Below, piece after piece: positions 36,708 through 47,045 of a DNA stretch of 64,000 bases. The stretch is taken from contig CAWBEI010000002.1 of NCBI GenBank assembly GCA_963787835.1, positions 544,001 to 608,000 of the forward strand. The letters run 5' to 3'. The DNA is from Ignavibacteriota bacterium. Lineage in GTDB: Bacteria > Bacteroidota > Ignavibacteria > Palsa-1295. Made by a program: the position numbers and the translations under genes. Numbering within the stretch: position 1 is the first letter of the stretch; each line of letters opens with the position of its first letter. The notes below the pieces were generated by a model that was given only the letters and a program-made list of their open reading frames with translations, was not told the origin of the DNA and searched no databases.

Positions 36708-37910
36708 CTATTTCATTACCGAGCCGGAGCTCCCTGGAGAGGTGCTGGGGGATCCGGCATCGCAGAGCCAAGACCATTCCTTTCTAAGGCGACCAGCGAG
36801 ATCAGATGGAACTTCATGCGACATCCCAGGGACATTTTCGAAGACAAATGGAAGCTTCCCTGCTTCGCAGGATCGTTTGGCTTCCATCATGCTATGGAGA
36901 AAACCGGGGGTTTCGAACTCGCCGCTCATCGCGTAAATTCGGAGTCCGGCGCTAGCAGAATTAGCAACCATTTCTCGAGATAAGGGCTGATCGAACACGC
37001 CAGCAATAGCGATCACCCCGCGCACCCTATCCGAATGAACGAACCCATATTTCATCCCTGTATTCGCACCCTGGGAGAAACCTGCAATATAAATGTCGGG
37101 TGAATAGCCGCACTGCGCAGTGTAGCGATCGAGCAAACCCGAAAGAAATTCATCAGAATTATAATAGGTATCGTCCCAACTATTATCATTCTCGGAATCT
37201 CGAATGCATCCGGCAGGAATGAGAACGGCAACATTAAGTGAATCCGCAACGGCTCGCCAATGCAAAGCAAATTCGCGGTACGATGCATTACCACCATGCA
37301 AAGCCAGTATAAGTGGCCGGTGTACCGAGAGCGAATCCTTTATCGTCGGCGTAAGGGAATCAAAGGATAAGAGTCGCCTGAGCTTTCCACTTGGGGTCAA
37401 TGAGCTGGAGTCGTTATCAAAGCAACGCGGTAAAACAAGGATTGGTGGTTGTTTATGCCAGGACGCTGCAGATAGTTGACGAAGTGTTTCGTAGCATTTT
37501 GTGAGGGAATCAAGCCAGGATGGACCGACAACGTGTCTGAGAATTTCATCGCTGCTTATTACATCGGTGCTCCAGTAATCGCTTTGAAGCGAAGCTAAGA
37601 TCGCGGAGCGGGCTTGAACGGTATCGGCAAGCCTCGCGGATGTACTTGCGATCCCGTATTCCGCAAATCCGGAATACCACCGGGTCATCGGGGTATTCAG
37701 AGTGTTGCAAAATTCAACAATTGTTTTGAACGTGGAGCGGGCGCTTCGAAGGTCGTGATGGCCATACGCCAGACCTACTTCATGTAGAAGCTTCGAAAGC
37801 TCCTGAAACCGATTTGCTGCCGATGGCGTGGTACCGTTGGGATTTGACCCCAAAAACGGCATAAATATTGACGATATCAGAAAAAGCAAGACCATAGGTG
37901 TAACTCCCAA
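36708..37910 (-). CDS. Secreted protein with N-terminal helical region and C-terminal esterase/phospholipase-like alpha/beta-hydrolase domain
   Basis: LILALHGG, nucleophile GFSQG, GMSH; hydrophobic N-terminus. Confidence 0.75.
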   Translation of the reverse strand: MGVTPMVLLFLISSIFMPFLGSNPNGTTPSAANRFQELSKLLHEVGLAYGHHDLRSARSTFKTIVEFCNTLNTPMTRWYSGFAEYGIASTSARLADTVQARSAILASLQSDYWSTDVISSDEILRHVVGPSWLDSLTKCYETLRQLSAASWHKQPPILVLPRCFDNDSSSLTPSGKLRRLLSFDSLTPTIKDSLSVHRPLILALHGGNASYREFALHWRAVADSLNVAVLIPAGCIRDSENDNSWDDTYYNSDEFLSGLLDRYTAQCGYSPDIYIAGFSQGANTGMKYGFVHSDRVRGVIAIAGVFDQPLSREMVANSASAGLRIYAMSGEFETPGFLHSMMEAKRSCEAGKLPFVFENVPGMSHEVPSDLAGRLRKEWSWLCDAGSPSTSPGSSGSVMK

Positions 37911-38042
37911 ATATACAACCCCGATAAAATCCCTTTATCACAAACTGTAGTCTTTTCTTTTCCAATCGAATTCGATCCGTGATTCCAATTTAACCATTCC
38001 TTCTGGGCACTATAATGTTCCTCTCGCTTTTCATAGCACTTC

Positions 38043-39668
38043 ATGTTACGGCTTCGGCTCATTTTGTGGTACTCGTTGCTCGTCGTGCTCACGATCGGGG
38101 CGATCGGGCTATTTCAATATTTCAAGATACAGCAATCCCTGTTCAGCGCGCTGGATACTTCGCTCATCGAGGATGCCCGTATCACGCTGACGCTCATATC
38201 CACGCTGCCAGCAACCTCGAATCCTCACGAGATGATCCAGCATGGCGAGGCCCATTCCGCCAACTCCCTTCGCGACCTTATCGACCGCGCACTTACTGAA
38301 GTGCCGGATACGCTCAAAGGCACCGCCCTTGCCGATCGCGTCGTCAGTGAGATCATCGATCAGGTGCTGACCGAACTCTCCTTTCAGGATTCTACTGGCA
38401 GAACCGCCGATCCGCTGGATGCCATCGTGGAGCGAACGGTTTCGAGCCGCAGAAATAATTTCGTCGAAATTTATGCCATCACGAAAGATTCTGCCGGCGT
38501 TCACCATGATGCGCAGTTCTTCCGAACGCCAAATCTTGGCATCGATACCATGATGCGGCTCGTCCGAGGGGCGCGTGTGCGAGCGGAGTCCGACACAACC
38601 TCCGCCTACCACACCATCCGCATCAAAAATGAACCTGTGCGGGTAGCCCGTGCCCGTAACGAGCGCTTCGATGTCTATGTCGGCTATCCCGTTACCGACA
38701 TCGAGGAAAGCCTGACGCGCGTGCGATCCTCCTTCTACATCGGCCTCCCGCTTGCGCTCGCGATCTCGATCTTCGGCGGCTTGTGGCTTGCCCGCAAAGC
38801 CCTCCGCCCGATGGAACAGATCGCCGATACCGCTCGCGAGATCGGCGCGAAAAATCTTTCACAGCGCATCGAACTGCCCGACAAGACCGACCGCGAAATG
38901 GCCACGCTCATCGAAACGCTGAACTCCATGTTCGCGCGTCTGGAAAGTTCCTTCCAGCAAGTGACCCAGTTCACCTCCGATGCCTCCCATGAACTCAAAA
39001 CTCCGCTCTCCATCATGAAGGGCGAGATCGAGCAAGCTGCGCGCCACTTAGAGGCTGCCGATACGCTCGACCCCGAAGAAGCGCGACAGGTACTCGCCAG
39101 CGCGATGGAAGAGGTCGATCGCATGCAGCGCATCGTCGAAGGCCTGCTCTTGCTCTCCCGCGCCGACGACCGACAGCTTCCGCTGGAACTCCAAAGCATC
39201 GAGATCTATCGGTATCTCGATGGTCTCCTCGAAGATGGCGAGATCCTTGCCGAAGAGCGCGGCTTGCAGCTCGTCAAGCAGTTCGATGAAGCAGCCCGAA
39301 CCAAGAAGATCAAGGCCGACCCCACCCGCCTCTATCAGGTCGTCATGAACTTGCTCGATAACGCGCTGAAATACACTCCCGCCGGCGGAAAAGTTACCTT
39401 GTTCCTAACCAGCATCGACCACCAGATCCGGTTTGGAGTTGCCGATACCGGTATTGGAATCGCAAAAGAAGATCTGCAGAAAGTCTTTCGCAGGTTCTAC
39501 CGTACCGACGAAGCCCGCACCGGCCCCCACGAAGATGCCGAACGCTCGCTTGGCCTTGGCCTCGCCATCGTTAAATCCATCGTCGAAGCGCATGGCGGCA
39601 CCATTGCCGTCGAAAGCGAAGTCGGCAAAGGCGCCCGGTTCACGATTACGATGCCAGTGGTGGATTAG
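38043..39668 (+). CDS. HAMP-domain sensor histidine kinase (no adjacent response regulator)
   Basis: Two TM helices, HAMP, H-box [14 protein letters not shown]-box [27 protein letters not shown]. Confidence 0.95.
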   Translation: MLRLRLILWYSLLVVLTIGAIGLFQYFKIQQSLFSALDTSLIEDARITLTLISTLPATSNPHEMIQHGEAHSANSLRDLIDRALTEVPDTLKGTALADRVVSEIIDQVLTELSFQDSTGRTADPLDAIVERTVSSRRNNFVEIYAITKDSAGVHHDAQFFRTPNLGIDTMMRLVRGARVRAESDTTSAYHTIRIKNEPVRVARARNERFDVYVGYPVTDIEESLTRVRSSFYIGLPLALAISIFGGLWLARKALRPMEQIADTAREIGAKNLSQRIELPDKTDREMATLIETLNSMFARLESSFQQVTQFTSDASHELKTPLSIMKGEIEQAARHLEAADTLDPEEARQVLASAMEEVDRMQRIVEGLLLLSRADDRQLPLELQSIEIYRYLDGLLEDGEILAEERGLQLVKQFDEAARTKKIKADPTRLYQVVMNLLDNALKYTPAGGKVTLFLTSIDHQIRFGVADTGIGIAKEDLQKVFRRFYRTDEARTGPHEDAERSLGLGLAIVKSIVEAHGGTIAVESEVGKGARFTITMPVVD

Positions 39669-39673
39669 CTGTC

Positions 39674-39950
39674 AAAAAGAAATAGGTGCCATTTCTTTTT
39701 CTTGCTGAGTTCCCGACCACCCTCGTTTTCAAGCTGTTTTCGCCATTTTCTGAATAAGTTATCCACAAAATGCTTTCATGGAGAACACGTTCATAACGAA
39801 ACCCACCGCCGGCTGCCAGATTGTCAATGAACATGACACCAACACTCATCTTTTATCTTTCATATTTCATCTTTTCCCCGGATAGGTGCCTATAGTTTCA
39901 CTTTCAATATACGACACTTTTTGTGGGACATTGCGAAATCCGAAATTCTC
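39674..39950 (-). ncRNA. Putative structured ncRNA with its promoter, copy B (homologous to 4087-4359)
   Basis: Same ordered blocks as copy A; 3' hairpin AAAAAGAAAU-GGCACCU-AUUUCUUUUU; lies antisense to both neighbouring genes. Confidence 0.55.
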
Positions 39951-39984
39951 TTAACCGTGCAACAACTTATGCGACCGTGCGGTT

Positions 39985-40200
39985 ATGATAATCATGGAGA
40001 CCAGAACCAAACCAAACATGCGCACGAGGAGCCCAAAACCCTCCACCACGCGAAGCAAAAAATCTTCACTCGAAGGGGTGCTTGACCGTATTGCTGAAAT
40101 GGGCCAAAAAATACCCTCCGATGAACGCGCGCTGATTCCACGCGACGCCGCAATGAATGTGGAGCACTATCTCTACGGAGCGCCCAAAGAACGATCTTGA
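39985..40200 (+). CDS. Putative antitoxin (VapB-like)
   Basis: 71 aa with C-terminal P.D.A.N.EHYLYG motif common in PIN-associated antitoxins; overlaps the toxin start. Confidence 0.8.
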   Translation: MIIMETRTKPNMRTRSPKPSTTRSKKSSLEGVLDRIAEMGQKIPSDERALIPRDAAMNVEHYLYGAPKERS

Positions 40201-40607
40201 ATATTGTTTTTGCCGACACTGGGTTTTGGGTTGCCCAGCTTTTACCGGATGACGCACTCCATCCGATCGCACGTGAGTGGTCGCGGACCTACGCGAAGAA
40301 GAGCACGATCGTAACCTCCGATCTTGTGCTCACAGAGTTCCTGAATTTTGTGAGCAGATTCGGCACATATTCCCGCGAACAGGCTGTCATGGCATGTCAG
40401 AACCTCTATGACGCCGAAGAGATCATGATCGTACCCGCGCACCGAGCCCTTATTAGGGAGGCCATGGAAATGTACCGCGATTTTTCCGACAAGCGTTGGA
40501 GCTTTACCGATTGCTCCTCCTTTATCATCATGCGAGAGAGGAAAATTACCGACGCTCTAACCCACGATCATCATTTCGTGCAAGCCGGCTTCAAGAGATT
40601 GTTGTGA
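40197..40607 (+). CDS. vapC: PIN-domain toxin (VapC)
   Basis: VFADTG, D.LH, VLTE, SFTDC.SF..M, ALTHD.HF.QAGF. Confidence 0.93.
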   Translation: MNIVFADTGFWVAQLLPDDALHPIAREWSRTYAKKSTIVTSDLVLTEFLNFVSRFGTYSREQAVMACQNLYDAEEIMIVPAHRALIREAMEMYRDFSDKRWSFTDCSSFIIMRERKITDALTHDHHFVQAGFKRLL

Positions 40608-40652
40608 CCAGCATCCACCTCTTACTTCTTAACTCTTACTTCTTACTTTCCC

Positions 40653-43073
40653 CTACTCCCCCCACAACCCCGCAACCCGCCCCTTTATCTTCCCCTCCAA
40701 ACGCGAAATAAGCCCCTTCAGCATCTCCATCTCTGCCCGCTCCCGTTCGAGGCGCGCGACGATGGTTTGCTGCTCGGCGAGAGGGGGAATGGGAATTTTT
40801 AGGGATGACATAAATGTGAAATTTGTACGAGGAAGCTGTGAGCCGCTAATGCCTTTTAGAATTTCATGATTCATTTCTGGCAAACGGAGCTGAATGGCAA
40901 GGAAAGTTGGGTCGACAACTTTCTTCGGACGGAGCACAAGAATATCTGTGCTACAAATCCCATCGAACCGCGCAATCCACACTTTATTTAAATTTGGACG
41001 GAGTTTGCCATAAAGTACGTCGTTTATCTTAAAAGCAGACTTATTGCTTTTGATCGTGTTCGCGGGGACGTCATATTCCCCTATTAATTCGCCCGTGTCC
41101 GACTCGATATTTTCCAGTCCTACATAATTTACGTTCCCTTTGATTGTGTTCGGAATTATCTGGGCGGACACATTATCACACACTTCCCCCAACTCCCGCA
41201 TCTCCCACTTCGGATCGATCTCGATCTCCGGCTTGTAGTTCGCGAGAATGGCGCGCGCGCCTTCGATCATCTTCCGGAACCGCTCCAATTCGGCAACTAA
41301 TGCTTCCTGAACGGGGAGCGGAGGGAGGGGGATTTGGAATTCGGCAAGGTCCTCCAACTTCATATTTACGTTTGCAGCACCCTTCATGAGACCTGCCATT
41401 CTATCCTTCTTCCCATCAAGAACATAGTAAAGATATTTGGGAATAAGAACTTCTTCATTTTTTGGCTGAAGCACCGCCAAAAGGTTTGCCACCGCAAATT
41501 TGCCGGAGGCGTAATGGATACGAGACAAGGTGGCGCGCCCATGTCCAGTTGACGAGATTAAAGGGACGCACACGGCATCGCCATCAATTTCGAATGTTGA
41601 GGCCGTAAGCGGTGATTTTGCCGTAACAATGAGCGGATATTGGCCGGGCTCGGTCTGTGTGCTAGAATAGTGGCCCTTTGCAAGTGTGCATACCTCCTCA
41701 AGTGTGACCAGAAGAGTTCCCCCCTTGGCCAGCGCGGGACGGTATGGTTCCGAACTTAGGATAGACCCATTGGCAAGAATAGTACTTCTGTCTACGAGCC
41801 ATGAATGCAAAGATACGGGCTTATCTTCATAATAGGCTTTGAAATCCAAAAGGACGTGAGGCAGGTCGTTGCGCTCAACTATTGCCTGCTTGATACCTAG
41901 ACTCACCCCGATAGCCTTAACCTCAGAGAACATTATCTTAGGGTTGCTTCTAGCCTTATTTTTATCAAGTATAAGGACTGAAGTTTTAACCCCGGAGTAT
42001 GGCTGAAAAACGCCGGAAGGTAAAGAGATCACGCCAATAAGCGCTTCCTTTATAAGGGCCTCTCTCAATAGTCGATACGCGGACCCATCTTGGAAAATAA
42101 TTCCTTCCGGAACGATAATACCGGCTTTGCCTTGCGGCGTGAGATGTTCGAGCATGTAATCCACGAAGAGTACTTCGCTGCGCTTCGCGGAAATGCGAAA
42201 ATTACCGTGAGGGCGGATGCCACCCTTTGGCGACATGAATGGCGGATTGGCCAAAATAACATCGGCCTTGTCATCCCACCGTTCTTCGCTCGTAAGCGTG
42301 TCGTATTCGTGAATGGATGGATTGGAAAACCCATGCAAATACATATTGACAAGCGACATCCGCACCATGTCCGGCGAAATATCGTAGCCAACAAGATTAT
42401 TGCCAAGTTCTTTGCGGTCCTTCGTGGTGAGCAGGTCGCCTTCACGGGTTTTGGTATTCGTCTTAAGGATATATTTGAACGCAGCGATCAGGAATCCAGC
42501 CGTTCCGCAAGCCGGGTCGAGAATGCGGTCGGTTTTCGTCGGTCCTACAACTTCGACGATAAAATCAATGATATGGCGCGGCGTCCGGAATTGCCCGGCA
42601 TCACCCTGCGACCCTAAGACGGAAAGCAGATATTCATAAGCATCCCCCAGCATTTCGCTGTGGTCGTAACTAAACTCATTGATGACCGATAGGAAAAGCC
42701 GAAGCGTTTCGGGGTCGCGGTAGGGAAGGAATGCATTCTTAAAAATATCGCGAAAGAGCGGTGGCAAATTCGGATTGAGAGACATTTGCGCCAGCGCATC
42801 GCCATACAACCCGATGAGTTCGTGCCCGCCGATCTTCGTGGAATACACGCTCGTCCACGCATACTTTTTATATTTCCCGACAAAGAACGTAGCTTTACCG
42901 CCGAGACGCTCGGCTTGTTGATCCATATCGTGCATGAACTTGTAGATCAGCGCAAGCGTGATCTGCTCGACCTGCGATTTCGGGTCAGGCACCTTGCCGA
43001 CAAGGACATCGCGGGCTTTATCGATTCGTTGTTTTGTTGCGCTATCGAGCATTGGTTGTTGTGTAGAAAACAT
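40653..43073 (-). CDS. Type I RM fused N6-adenine methyltransferase and specificity subunit (HsdM-HsdS); start may be 43052
   Basis: GQFRTPRHII, DPACGTAGF, NPPF; two TRDs each followed by IP(L/I)PPL..Q...VA.LER. Confidence 0.92.
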   Translation of the reverse strand: MFSTQQPMLDSATKQRIDKARDVLVGKVPDPKSQVEQITLALIYKFMHDMDQQAERLGGKATFFVGKYKKYAWTSVYSTKIGGHELIGLYGDALAQMSLNPNLPPLFRDIFKNAFLPYRDPETLRLFLSVINEFSYDHSEMLGDAYEYLLSVLGSQGDAGQFRTPRHIIDFIVEVVGPTKTDRILDPACGTAGFLIAAFKYILKTNTKTREGDLLTTKDRKELGNNLVGYDISPDMVRMSLVNMYLHGFSNPSIHEYDTLTSEERWDDKADVILANPPFMSPKGGIRPHGNFRISAKRSEVLFVDYMLEHLTPQGKAGIIVPEGIIFQDGSAYRLLREALIKEALIGVISLPSGVFQPYSGVKTSVLILDKNKARSNPKIMFSEVKAIGVSLGIKQAIVERNDLPHVLLDFKAYYEDKPVSLHSWLVDRSTILANGSILSSEPYRPALAKGGTLLVTLEEVCTLAKGHYSSTQTEPGQYPLIVTAKSPLTASTFEIDGDAVCVPLISSTGHGRATLSRIHYASGKFAVANLLAVLQPKNEEVLIPKYLYYVLDGKKDRMAGLMKGAANVNMKLEDLAEFQIPLPPLPVQEALVAELERFRKMIEGARAILANYKPEIEIDPKWEMRELGEVCDNVSAQIIPNTIKGNVNYVGLENIESDTGELIGEYDVPANTIKSNKSAFKINDVLYGKLRPNLNKVWIARFDGICSTDILVLRPKKVVDPTFLAIQLRLPEMNHEILKGISGSQLPRTNFTFMSSLKIPIPPLAEQQTIVARLERERAEMEMLKGLISRLEGKIKGRVAGLWGE

Positions 43074-43296
43074 CGCCCTTTCAGGGCTAACATTTATTTA
43101 ACGTTATCATACCCAGGGTTCCGCTTCGCATCGTGGGCGATGCTTGCTTCACCCTGGGCTGCGGGTACTTCGGCGCTCCGCGGCTAAAATCCCCAGTGCC
43201 GGAGGCACGTTGTACTTGCAGCCCAGGGTGCAGGCCGAAGGCCGGAACCCTGGGTTACGCAACCCTCCAACAGATCCCAGCCCTGAAAGGGCGATG
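43071..43296. repeat. MITE/REPIN-like element between hsdR and hsdMS
   Basis: 18-bp terminal inverted repeat CATCGCCCTTTCAGGGCT / AGCCCTGAAAGGGCGATG; internal CCCAGGGT...ACCCTGGG hairpins. Confidence 0.85.
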
Positions 43297-43302
43297 TAAT
43301 AC

Positions 43303-45816
43303 TCAGGCATTCGGTAAAAAATTATTCAGGGACACATAGGTGTCAATGTATTCAGGTATCACGTCGCGGTATCCGTTCAAGGATTCCAAATCTTTCAGGT
43401 TTAGCATTGGGTTCGTCGCAAGCCTGCCATATTCCTTGTTCCGCATGACTTCCTGCACTTCGGAATCGCTTAAATATGCTTTGAACGCCTTACTGATAAA
43501 CGGATAATATTTTGCATCCGGTTTATTTACCTGAATAAAACTTTCAAGCTCCAGATCGAGTAATTGTTCGCGTGAAGAAATTGGTTTTTTCTGGAAGATT
43601 TGATCGAGCACTTCCTCGATGGATGGTTTTCGGTCAAGCCCGAGCGCCTTTCGTATTTTTTCGAGATTGAAATATTCTTCCGGCTTTTCGAAAATTTCAC
43701 GGCGAATGTAATCGCTTGCTTCGCGTAGATTCCCACTTTCGTATTTTTCCGTCACGTTCGGGTCGCTTTTTATCACATCTTCAAATTTTTGGAAAAGCAT
43801 TCGGTCCGGCTTCAGTCCTTCCAAGCCAACTTGAGTCTCTTTCAAATCTTTGAGTGGATCAATCCTCTCGCTTACATACGCGCCCTCTGGGATGAGAGGC
43901 CCTGGCGGACTCGGCGGGCTGGCACTGCTTCCTAAAGGCAATTGCAACCGTTGGTCGTAGTCGAATTTGTGTTCGAAGAATTCAACATTTCCGAAAAAAT
44001 CGAAAAGCCGGAATGTGGTTTTGGGCTCGATAATCGTCTCACGCTCGCCGTTAGCAAGTTTAGTCTCAAACTTGAAGTTCTTCTTTCTCGTACCTCGTCC
44101 CTTCATTTGTACGAATTCCGTGGGCGAGAAGATCGGACGCATAAAACAAAGATTCAGCAAATCCTCGCAATCGTATCCCGTAGTCATCATCCCGACGGTT
44201 ACGCAAACGCGTGTCTTGGATGTCTTATATCCCTCCAACACATCGGAATTCCCATTCAAATTATTATTCGCAAATTTCTTTGTCATTTGCTGTGCGCCCG
44301 TTATTCGCGACGTCACTTGCAGCGCAAAATCCGAATGGTATCGCCCTGGCCACATTATTTCGACAATATCATTGAGAACAGATACAATGCGTTCCGCGTG
44401 ATTCTGACTCACGCAAAAGATAATGGTCTTGCCAATCTCCTTCGTTATTGGGTCGCGCAGCGCATGTTGTAAAAAGGTCTCGCAAAAAACTTGGTTGGTC
44501 TTATCGCTAAAAAACTTCTTTTCGAAGTCTTTATTTACGAAATACTCGCTCGCTTCATCACCATTATCGGCCTCATAAACTACTGCGTATCCTTCATCAG
44601 AAAGAAGTTGTGTAGTAATCTCGGTTCGTGCATCCAGCACATAGGGATTCACGAGGTATCCTTCTGTTACACCGTCAAGTAAGGTGTAGCGAAATGTTGG
44701 GTCGCCGCTTTCGCATCCGAAAGTCTTATACGTGTCAAGCAGTTGCCTCCGTTCAAGTTCAATCGGTGAATTTTTGACAAGCTCATCAGAATCCGTCCTC
44801 TTGATGTAATCTTTTGGCGTTGCCGTAAGCCCAAGTTTATATCCAACAAAATGTTCAAACACTGCACGTGCATTTCCACCGATAGAGCGGTGTGCTTCGT
44901 CAGAAATCACAAGGTCGAAATCCAGCGGCGAAATATCGCGAAATCGGTTACTTGCCAGCAAACTCTGCACCGTCGTCACCACGATTTGTGCATCTTGCCA
45001 ATCTGCGCGGTCACGGTTCTGCTTCCATATTTTCGTGGTGTAATCGTTCTTGAGATAGTCTTTGAAATTCTTCTCTGCCTGATCTTCCAATTCTAATCTA
45101 TCAACCAGGAACAGAACACGGCTTGCATTTCCCGTTCTCAAAAATAGTTTTATGATCGCAGCAGCGGTAAGCGTTTTACCCGTTCCGGTCGCCATCTCAA
45201 AAAGAAATCGGTCGCTTCCTTTCTTTACAGCATCCTGTAGCGCCTTGATTGCCTTTACCTGATATGGGCGCAGCAAACGCAGATTCTTTTCCTCGATAAA
45301 ACCTTTTCTCGTCTTTGTATCAATATAAGAAGGGTTGTTCGCAAAAGTTGGGTCTTGGGTGATTGCGATATAGTCATCATGCACGTCTTCTCGAATCAGA
45401 GCATGGCGGTCGGGCTTAAACTGTTCCTTTACAAAGAAATCACTTTGATTCGGGAATTTTGAAATAATCTGTGGGTTCCCGGCCTGGATATCCCAGAGAT
45501 AATGGATGTTTCCGTTTGTCAGAATGATATATCTCGCATTCTTCCCTTTTGCATAGGCTCGCGCTTGTTCTTTTCCATCTAGGGGATTTTTCTCTTCACG
45601 TTTCGCCTCAACCACACAAAGCGCGTCGCCGCGTTTATCGAGCAACAAGTAATCGATATATCCATTTTTCGTGTGCTCGAAGTCATCGCCCAATGCTTCG
45701 AGCTTCACATTGGCTTCGAGCAGGATGTTGGCCTTCCCTTCCGACGTATCGAAGAACTTCCATCCTGCCTTATCAAGCAGCTGATTAACTTTTATCCTGG
45801 CGCGGGCTTCTGACAT
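43303..45816 (-). CDS. hsdR: Type I restriction enzyme R subunit (EcoAI/EcoEI-like)
   Basis: YIDYLL..VVEAKR nuclease motif, MATGTGKT, DEAHRS, GLTATP, MMTTGYD, QMKGRGTR. Confidence 0.93.
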   Translation of the reverse strand: MSEARARIKVNQLLDKAGWKFFDTSEGKANILLEANVKLEALGDDFEHTKNGYIDYLLLDKRGDALCVVEAKREEKNPLDGKEQARAYAKGKNARYIILTNGNIHYLWDIQAGNPQIISKFPNQSDFFVKEQFKPDRHALIREDVHDDYIAITQDPTFANNPSYIDTKTRKGFIEEKNLRLLRPYQVKAIKALQDAVKKGSDRFLFEMATGTGKTLTAAAIIKLFLRTGNASRVLFLVDRLELEDQAEKNFKDYLKNDYTTKIWKQNRDRADWQDAQIVVTTVQSLLASNRFRDISPLDFDLVISDEAHRSIGGNARAVFEHFVGYKLGLTATPKDYIKRTDSDELVKNSPIELERRQLLDTYKTFGCESGDPTFRYTLLDGVTEGYLVNPYVLDARTEITTQLLSDEGYAVVYEADNGDEASEYFVNKDFEKKFFSDKTNQVFCETFLQHALRDPITKEIGKTIIFCVSQNHAERIVSVLNDIVEIMWPGRYHSDFALQVTSRITGAQQMTKKFANNNLNGNSDVLEGYKTSKTRVCVTVGMMTTGYDCEDLLNLCFMRPIFSPTEFVQMKGRGTRKKNFKFETKLANGERETIIEPKTTFRLFDFFGNVEFFEHKFDYDQRLQLPLGSSASPPSPPGPLIPEGAYVSERIDPLKDLKETQVGLEGLKPDRMLFQKFEDVIKSDPNVTEKYESGNLREASDYIRREIFEKPEEYFNLEKIRKALGLDRKPSIEEVLDQIFQKKPISSREQLLDLELESFIQVNKPDAKYYPFISKAFKAYLSDSEVQEVMRNKEYGRLATNPMLNLKDLESLNGYRDVIPEYIDTYVSLNNFLPNA

Positions 45817-46059
45817 AAATTTGTTTATTTTCGAATGGGGCGTAGAACATGCAAACGCCCACAAAAATACCACGAAAATATCACCCATTCTCCCCACCCC
45901 GCCCCTATTAATTCGCATTCAGAATCCCGGAAAACCGGAATTGTTGAAATGGTGGGCAGGTTAATCAAGCAGATCAACTTCTTTCTCTCTTTCTTACGGG
46001 GCTTACCTTCGTCATTCCTTTGGATCGTATCCAGGAATGACCATTTATAGAATAGTACA

Positions 46060-46539
46060 GTGTTACACCGGGCGTTCGTTTTCCGTGCAGCGTTTATCCT
46101 CTTGTTGGGCATAGCCCTTCATGGGATGGGTACTGCTGTGTTCGAACGGACGGCCCATGCTCAGTTCAGAGAACCCTCCGTGGCGCCATCGATAGCGCCG
46201 GCAGTGCCATCTACGGTTATCCCCTCCGCTACCGATCAATTCCCGGCCAGTACGCAACCATTGGTACCGGAAATTCCGGATCAGCACCGGCGGCAAACAC
46301 CGGAAGTAATAAAGCCGGTGCAGCCGGTCACGCCCTCGAAATTGGAGAGCTCCCCGTTAGTCGCGCCGGTCGATCCAAGAGTCGATCCGATCTCACCGAA
46401 GATCGACCAGAGTATTCGCAGCCAAGTGCTGGAGCGCCATTCGGAGCAACTGAACAACCCGAAGTTTTGCCGGAAATTGGAACAACGCAGGCAAGCCTTG
46501 CGTATGGCAAGGAGTGCCGGCCCGCGGAGCCAGCGATAA
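46060..46539 (+). CDS. Hypothetical Pro-rich exported protein (possibly truncated)
   Basis: Signal-peptide-like N-terminus ending AHA-Q, then a Pro/Val-rich low-complexity region. Confidence 0.5.
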   Translation: MLHRAFVFRAAFILLLGIALHGMGTAVFERTAHAQFREPSVAPSIAPAVPSTVIPSATDQFPASTQPLVPEIPDQHRRQTPEVIKPVQPVTPSKLESSPLVAPVDPRVDPISPKIDQSIRSQVLERHSEQLNNPKFCRKLEQRRQALRMARSAGPRSQR

Positions 46540-46860
46540 TTAGTATCGCAGATCCCGGAATTAGGGCATTATTTGCGCCCTGAAATTTAATACCGGCAGA
46601 CGGAACTTCGAATATTATTTTCCGGTTAGCTTTATCAGAAGACACAAAGTGTGAGACTTATAGATGCAGGAGGGTTCCATTTAGGCCTTTTGTATCTAAA
46701 GTCAAGGTGAGAGAAAAGACACTGTTGGCCTTATAGGAGCAATCCTGTAAGGCCGCAGTGTATTTTAAAGGGTTCGGTTGGGTAAAACACTGCTGCGATT
46801 AGGGTGAATGTTTTGTGTTTTAGGTGTTCTTCCTCCAGGAATTACTATTTCAATTATCAT

Positions 46861-47007
46861 GTCATCCTGAGCAGAGTTCGTTCGACCGTAGGGAGAACGA
46901 ACGGAGTCGAAGGATCTTGTGCAGGTCTGACACAGATTCTTCGACTGCGCAAGACTCCGCCGCATCGTCGCCGATGCTTCGCTGCGTCTTGCTACGCTCA
47001 GAATGAC
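46861..47007. repeat. REPIN-like element (GTCATCCTGAGC family)
   Basis: GTCATCCTGAGC...GTCGAAGGATCT...AGATTCTTCGAC...GCTCAGAATGAC. Confidence 0.85.
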
Positions 47008-47045
47008 ATGCTAATGCAATCAGAGTTTCAGAAAAAATTATCGCT

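Noticed and set aside
39646-39849. 67-aa ORF inside element copy B as the explanation for the conserved element
   Set aside because: The equivalent frame in copy A has a stop (TTC ATT GAC AAT TAG) and indels. Only 10-11-codon ORFs from the shared ATGAAC exist, and they are poorly similar (MNEFCVKGLL vs MNVFSMKAFCG).
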